This document shows, piece by piece, positions 58,787 through 64,000 of a stretch of DNA of 64,000 nt. The DNA comes from Trichosphaerium sp. ATCC 40318 (lineage: Eukaryota > Protista > Tubulinea), in contig JALMLS010000195.1 of the NCBI GenBank assembly GCA_038496445.1, positions 1 through 64,000 on the forward strand, written 5' to 3'. The notes beneath the pieces are model-generated. The model was not told the DNA's origin, made no database searches, and saw only the letters and a program-made list of their open reading frames with translations. The position numbers and the translations under genes are program-made. Position 1 is the stretch's first letter. Every line of letters starts with the position of its first letter.

Positions 58787-59545
58787 TTATGCTGTACAAG
58801 CGCAATCTCCGTTATTTGGGAGAATGACATTAGCGCTAGCGCTATCTCCATCAATGAAAGCAGAACCATTGTAGCAAAAGTGAAACCCGTTGTAGACGTA
58901 GAATCTTGTGAATCTCCAACCGTCGTTGCTAAAGTTCTTGACTTCAAGACCAGAGAAAGTTTTCAATGAATCTTTAACAGGCGCAGTCATAAAGAAGTGG
59001 TCGACAGCACCGGTTTTAAAGTCATCGACACGAGTGTCATCAATGTTAGCACTCCAATCTGAGGTTGTATTGTCAGAATAGACATATCTGTATCGAATTT
59101 GACCGTCCGTTTTATCATGTGCACCGGTACCGGTTTCTGTCATGATAAAAGTATCTTCTGTGGTTACTACCTCTTTTTTTAGTGTATCACCTGAAGCACC
59201 TCCTGTAATTAAGGTACAGTCGTTCATCATGAACAAGTTACAGACAGAATTGTAGTAACTTGTGTAGAAGTTACATCTTGTGTCATCAGTGCACATTTGC
59301 TCGCATTCTGCTTTTGTGACAGAGGTATCGCTAGGGAAAGTACATTCTCCAGAACCTCCTACCCAGTCACAGTTGGTTACTGTTGAACCTGCGTAATAGC
59401 CATTACAGTAAACAAACTGTCCTGCGTGCATGTCTTTACGACATCCTTGGCATGTTTGGGTTGAAGCTGTTGAAAGTGGCGTGTATGTTACTGATGCAAC
59501 AACAACAGATACAAGGGAAAGGAGAATAATGAGTTGTTGTGTCAT
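58787..59545 (-). CDS. secreted PAN/apple-like + PLAT/LH2 domain protein, intronless
   Basis: Signal MTQQLIILLSLVSVVVAS; ECEQMCTDDTRCNFYTSY..CNL (PAN-like); TGTGAHDKTDG..DDFKTGAVDHF..DGW (PLAT). Confidence 0.75.
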   Translation of the reverse strand: MTQQLIILLSLVSVVVASVTYTPLSTASTQTCQGCRKDMHAGQFVYCNGYYAGSTVTNCDWVGGSGECTFPSDTSVTKAECEQMCTDDTRCNFYTSYYNSVCNLFMMNDCTLITGGASGDTLKKEVVTTEDTFIMTETGTGAHDKTDGQIRYRYVYSDNTTSDWSANIDDTRVDDFKTGAVDHFFMTAPVKDSLKTFSGLEVKNFSNDGWRFTRFYVYNGFHFCYNGSAFIDGDSASANVILPNNGDCACTA

Positions 59546-60859
59546 AGTTAGGTAAGTGACAATTATGGACCCTTTTTTAGAAGTCGTTTTTTCGGGTTTT
59601 TTCTCAGTGTTTGTTTCTATTTTGTTCATTTTCCGTGCAATGAAAGAGCATGCAACGGTTTTTAAATAGGGTTTGTATTTGTGTATATGTGTTCTTGTAA
59701 AAACACAAAGAGATTTATTGTTAATCAAATTCACTGATCGTTTTGCAACATTATCAATATCTCATGACTGACCTGTAGATGCTTGTTACGCTTAGAATAG
59801 GCGATAGTAAATTTATTAGGCTGTTTGCCTAGTGTAGTATAAAACAAATCCCATACACGAATGTGTTGATAGCCTGTTTACTCCTGCACGTCGCTAAATA
59901 GATTGTAACGGATGAAATATAAGTATTTGAGCGCTGTGGATACAAGTAACTGGAGTTAACTTGGTAAGTTCACGACACGTTGCAAGGTAAGGCAGAGGTA
60001 CTGCCTGTTTCTAAGGCAACGGAAATTTATTCCGTTAGTGTAAAAAGGCTTATCAAAAACCTCTGCGCTAAACACAATTTATTTTGGCAAGTTAAAAGCC
60101 GTAGTTTTACGAATTTACAGCCATGTGATAGCGTTGAGCTATACCTACGTTTTGTACATGTTCCACAGTATTGTGTCTACTATTAGCCGTAATATAAAGT
60201 TGCTAGCTTACATTTGTGAATTGCAAGTATTATCTTTGTTGCCACGTTGTAGCGGAGAGGCAATCCAGCACAGTACCAATGTTAAGCAAATTTCAATGGA
60301 TGTACACAATAAATATTTGTCTCACATTTTAGGCTACTCCAATGAAGTTCAAATTTCTACATTGATTTAATTAACAACAATCAAAACTTAGTAGGGCAAT
60401 TCTATCGTTTAGCGGGATGCATTGAGTCGCTAGAGGCCGAAACAATAATCACGTTCCGCCTGTTGTGAATCTGGCCTGTAGTATATTGCTTTGAGTGGTA
60501 CACTGCCTTTGACAAGTAGAATGTTAGGAAGTTGTGGTACTACGATTGTAGGCAGCATCGCTTTTGAGACAGCTTCGAAAATTACGAAATTTGTGTTTTT
60601 TTATATTTACGTGATTTCGAGAATCTTTGAGACGTTTTTAATCACCTCAGACCGTCTTTGCTATTTTGAACGTGTAGCTAGTATTCTATTATTATAGCCA
60701 GAAAAATCTTTTTGCAATTCGTTCTTGTTGTGCCGAGAAAAAGTACCGACAGTCAAAGCAATTTTTGAAAAAACACTTTTTAAATATTTCGCATTTCTGA
60801 AACTGTCCCAAAAGCGACAAGTACGCTGGGGTTAAGATTTCTACTGGAGTACTTCTGTG

Positions 60860-63800
60860 ATGGCCAGGTATTGGACTGTTGACGAGGTGTGCGGATGGCT
60901 TGAAAGCGTGGGTCTTGGTGACATCTCAAATGACGCAAAGTACGTTTATTACAATCAACATGAACTAAAACGTGATAAGGAGGCTTGAATTAAACGGAAA
61001 ACAGCTGATGGCGTTAACGATTGCCAAAACAAGTGAAACAATGTCCATCAGCCCTGGTACGCTCTAAAAACGCGTAACAAGGTGCTTTTGTTAACGTTCA
61101 AGAAGATTTACAAGAATCTCTTTTCCTTGAGATCTCCAAACTACGGAATATCCTCTATTCAAAGCAAACACTTGTCTTTACATTAAAACCTGTGCGTGTT
61201 GTTAAAATTGTTTCGAGATAATTTTTTTTCGAGTGTTCCTTTCTGCGCTATTGGTTGGTTTCCACTAATTTCTGAATAGGAAAAAATCATAGGTGCCAAG
61301 ACATCTTCAATAACACATGATAAAAAATGTCTTCCGGAAGAGAAACACCCAATTTCATCATACACAGATGAAGGTGAAGAATCATTGTCAAATGAAGCAC
61401 TACCGTCTAAGAGAAGGCAAAATGTTTTCCCAAGCTCAAACACATCATCATGTGTATGTCATCTGCATTCCGTTGAGTAAATACTTACTTGTGTTCACAA
61501 GGTAAATGACAAAGTACCATTGGAAGTGATTATCCACATATTAAGCTGTCTAACAATTTATGATCACAAGGCATGTAAATTAACATGCCAATACTGGCTT
61601 GAGATATGCCAAAGATACCTCTTTAGAAGTGTCACTATTTCAGGTATTACGTTTTTTAACCCCTTCAAGTACCTTACCTTATTTATAATAATACAGACGA
61701 ATGTCCTATTGAATCAGTTACAAGCAAACAATCCATTACTTCCTTAATTATCACACACAATAATGACTTGGAGAAATTGAAAAAGATGGCAGGAGACTTT
61801 ATTAACCTTCAATCTCTGGTATGCTTTTTGAATGTAGCTATTTGTTATAATACTCTTCTAATGAACAAGTGTAGACAACCAAAGCCTCAAGCAAAATTGT
61901 ACTAGAAAAAAGCAGCCTGTTCAATTTCTCTTTGAAGGAGTCGTGGGAATGGTTTGGTGAGGTAATGGCCAAGTGTCCTATAACATACCTTAAGATCTTG
62001 GATAATTTTACCTGTGATAAGATTCTTAAATGTGGGGACAGGCAACTACAACGTTTGAAGTGCTTGGTGTACACAACTAACAATGAAAATTGGGATGTGT
62101 TCAGCAATTTACTAAATCAGTACTTTACATGTTTTATTTTTACAATTCTAACGTCCTAATTAAAGGTTGGTTCACTTGGAGATAAATACCAAAGATATGC
62201 CAATCCACCAAAAATCAATGCTTGCTTCATTCCAAAAAATGTCAAACCTAAAGACACTTCAATTTTACTTGAATAACAGGGCTAGAGGTGGTTACAAATT
62301 GATTCTACCACAAGTAACGTAAGTATATTCTTGGTTCACCCTTCACTCTAGTCTAAAGAATATTTAGAGCATTGAAGATTTCTGCTTGTGATCAAGCCAT
62401 AATAGCACAGTTTACAGTACCTAATCTGACTGTACTCTCACTTTATAAAATTCGCAGTGATGCCTTGGTACAGGTGTGTTACTTTTACCCCACCATGGCG
62501 TAACATCTAATACTGTTGTATCTCTAGGCATTTCCTGAGATCATTAACAAACTTAAAATATTGCAAGTAATACAAAGTCAACTACCAGAATGTATTGAAT
62601 CGAATACACTTCAGATTTTTGACTGTGACTACTGTCCAGAGCTTGTACGCCACTACAAAGTCATACTGTTGTCTTCATACTTTAATAACTTTTACACAGA
62701 AAAGGCTCTATGCGCCACACCTTAAACAAGTGTGTTTAAAGCATAAATTGCAAGTGTACTATCCAGAGCTTGAAATTGGTTCACTTACACCTTGTGGCTA
62801 TACAAAGATTCGGTGGGGCGGAAGATACTATCCAAAAGATCCCAAAGAATTACTTACTTCATCTCTGAAAGTACTGCACTTGAAGTCACTAGTGTATGAT
62901 GATGCACCCATTAGTGTTCTGTCATTGTCATCATTGGAAGTTATTTCATTACAAGATGGAGATGGCATTTATAATATCAAGAACTTCCCAACATTAAAGT
63001 ACCTTACTTTTGGCGGTTGTCCACTCAATGCTTGGAAGATATCTCATGATAAACTTGAGTACATTGAGAAAAAGAAAAAAGCTGACTCTGAAGATGCTCA
63101 CTGCCCAAACTTAACTTTTATAGATTGTCCTTTACTGGTATGTTAAACTCCTTTTATAAGTCTAATGGAAGCTATTTAGAAAGAGCTATATATTGAAAAA
63201 TCTGTATTTCCCGGCTTTTCACAGAGAACAAGAAATATAAGACATCTTGAGATCAAAAACATTTCTCACTTCAATTGCCGAGCAATCAAAAAAATGATGA
63301 AGCTTGAAACACTCATCATTGAAAGTGTTGATTGTGGTCATGAATTATACATTTCCAGTACAAGTCTCAAAACATTGAGTATGTAATTATTTCAATATTA
63401 TTGTTACTGACTTACACAACTTGTAGAGGTAAGATACTGTGACGCAGTGCATGTTGAGTTGAAAACACCTCTGTTATGCTTTCTATCTTTGACTAATTTA
63501 AACAATATTGAAACTATCACTTGGGGTAGTAAACCAATGTGTAATCTCAAGACAATATTGGTTGATTATACATATCTTGATGATCGATCATTTGAAGGAC
63601 CTTTTGATAACTTCCCGTTCCCTTCTTTATTGTTTTTGAGTCTATATTGCACAGCCACAACATCAGTGACATTGTCCAAGATTGAAAAGAATTGTCCTCA
63701 TATCAAAATGGTACAGTCGTAGTACACTGCTTATTTCACTCACAATACTTACAGATAAATTATTATCATTACAGTAGTACCAAAATGGATAAAGAAATTG

Positions 63801-63997
63801 AAGCAATCATCACACAGATAACAGGACAGAGGATATACCACGTGGCATCTAAAGACAAACCAAAAGCACCAATAGATCAACCATTATGCAAGAAAGCACA
63901 AGAGTATATGAAGATGTTGGACACCAACACTTGGACGCCATTTACACCTTTTAAAGAAAAAGAAATGGAGTATCAAGAATTTGACTTTGTAGAATAG
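60860..63997 (+). CDS. SAM + F-box + LRR-like protein, paralog B
   Basis: MARYWTVDEVCGWLESVGLGDI..LELNGKQLMALT (SAM); KVPLEVIIHILSCL..CKLTCQYWLEICQRYLF (F-box); exons splice in frame; TAG ends at 63997. Confidence 0.8.
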
Positions 63998-64000
63998 GTG

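Noticed and set aside
60425-60445. gaggccgaaac resembling a hammerhead ribozyme
   Set aside because: No CTGATGA core or supporting stems

Overview
Gene-dense, AT-rich nuclear DNA from a microbial eukaryote (intron style and gene families suggest an amoeboid protist; taxon not determinable here). It uses the standard code, with many short (about 35-150 nt) spliceosomal introns, so the ORF track is fragmentary and all gene models below were spliced by hand. About 25 genes: GCN2 kinase, a tandem dead+active phosphoserine phosphatase, AMT and ZIP transporters, a signal-peptide JmjC protein, a PA-domain 7TM receptor, two atypical Arf GTPases, a His-rich MYDGF homolog, a short RPC34-like gene missed by the ORF track, several secreted or surface proteins, and six F-box(-like) genes (3 F-box-MORN-variant, 1 intronless F-box-LRR, 2 inverted SAM-F-box-LRR paralogs). 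Main unexplained signals: (1) two U12-type minor introns, one a non-canonical AT-AA intron splitting the GCN2 catalytic loop; (2) at least 11 GC-AG introns, mostly GCACG(T); (3) strong over-representation of the palindrome (T)CACGTG(A), often intronic and sometimes formed by the GC donor itself; (4) a giant-virus-like F-box adaptor repertoire. No rRNA, tRNA, CRISPR array or recognisable transposon was seen.
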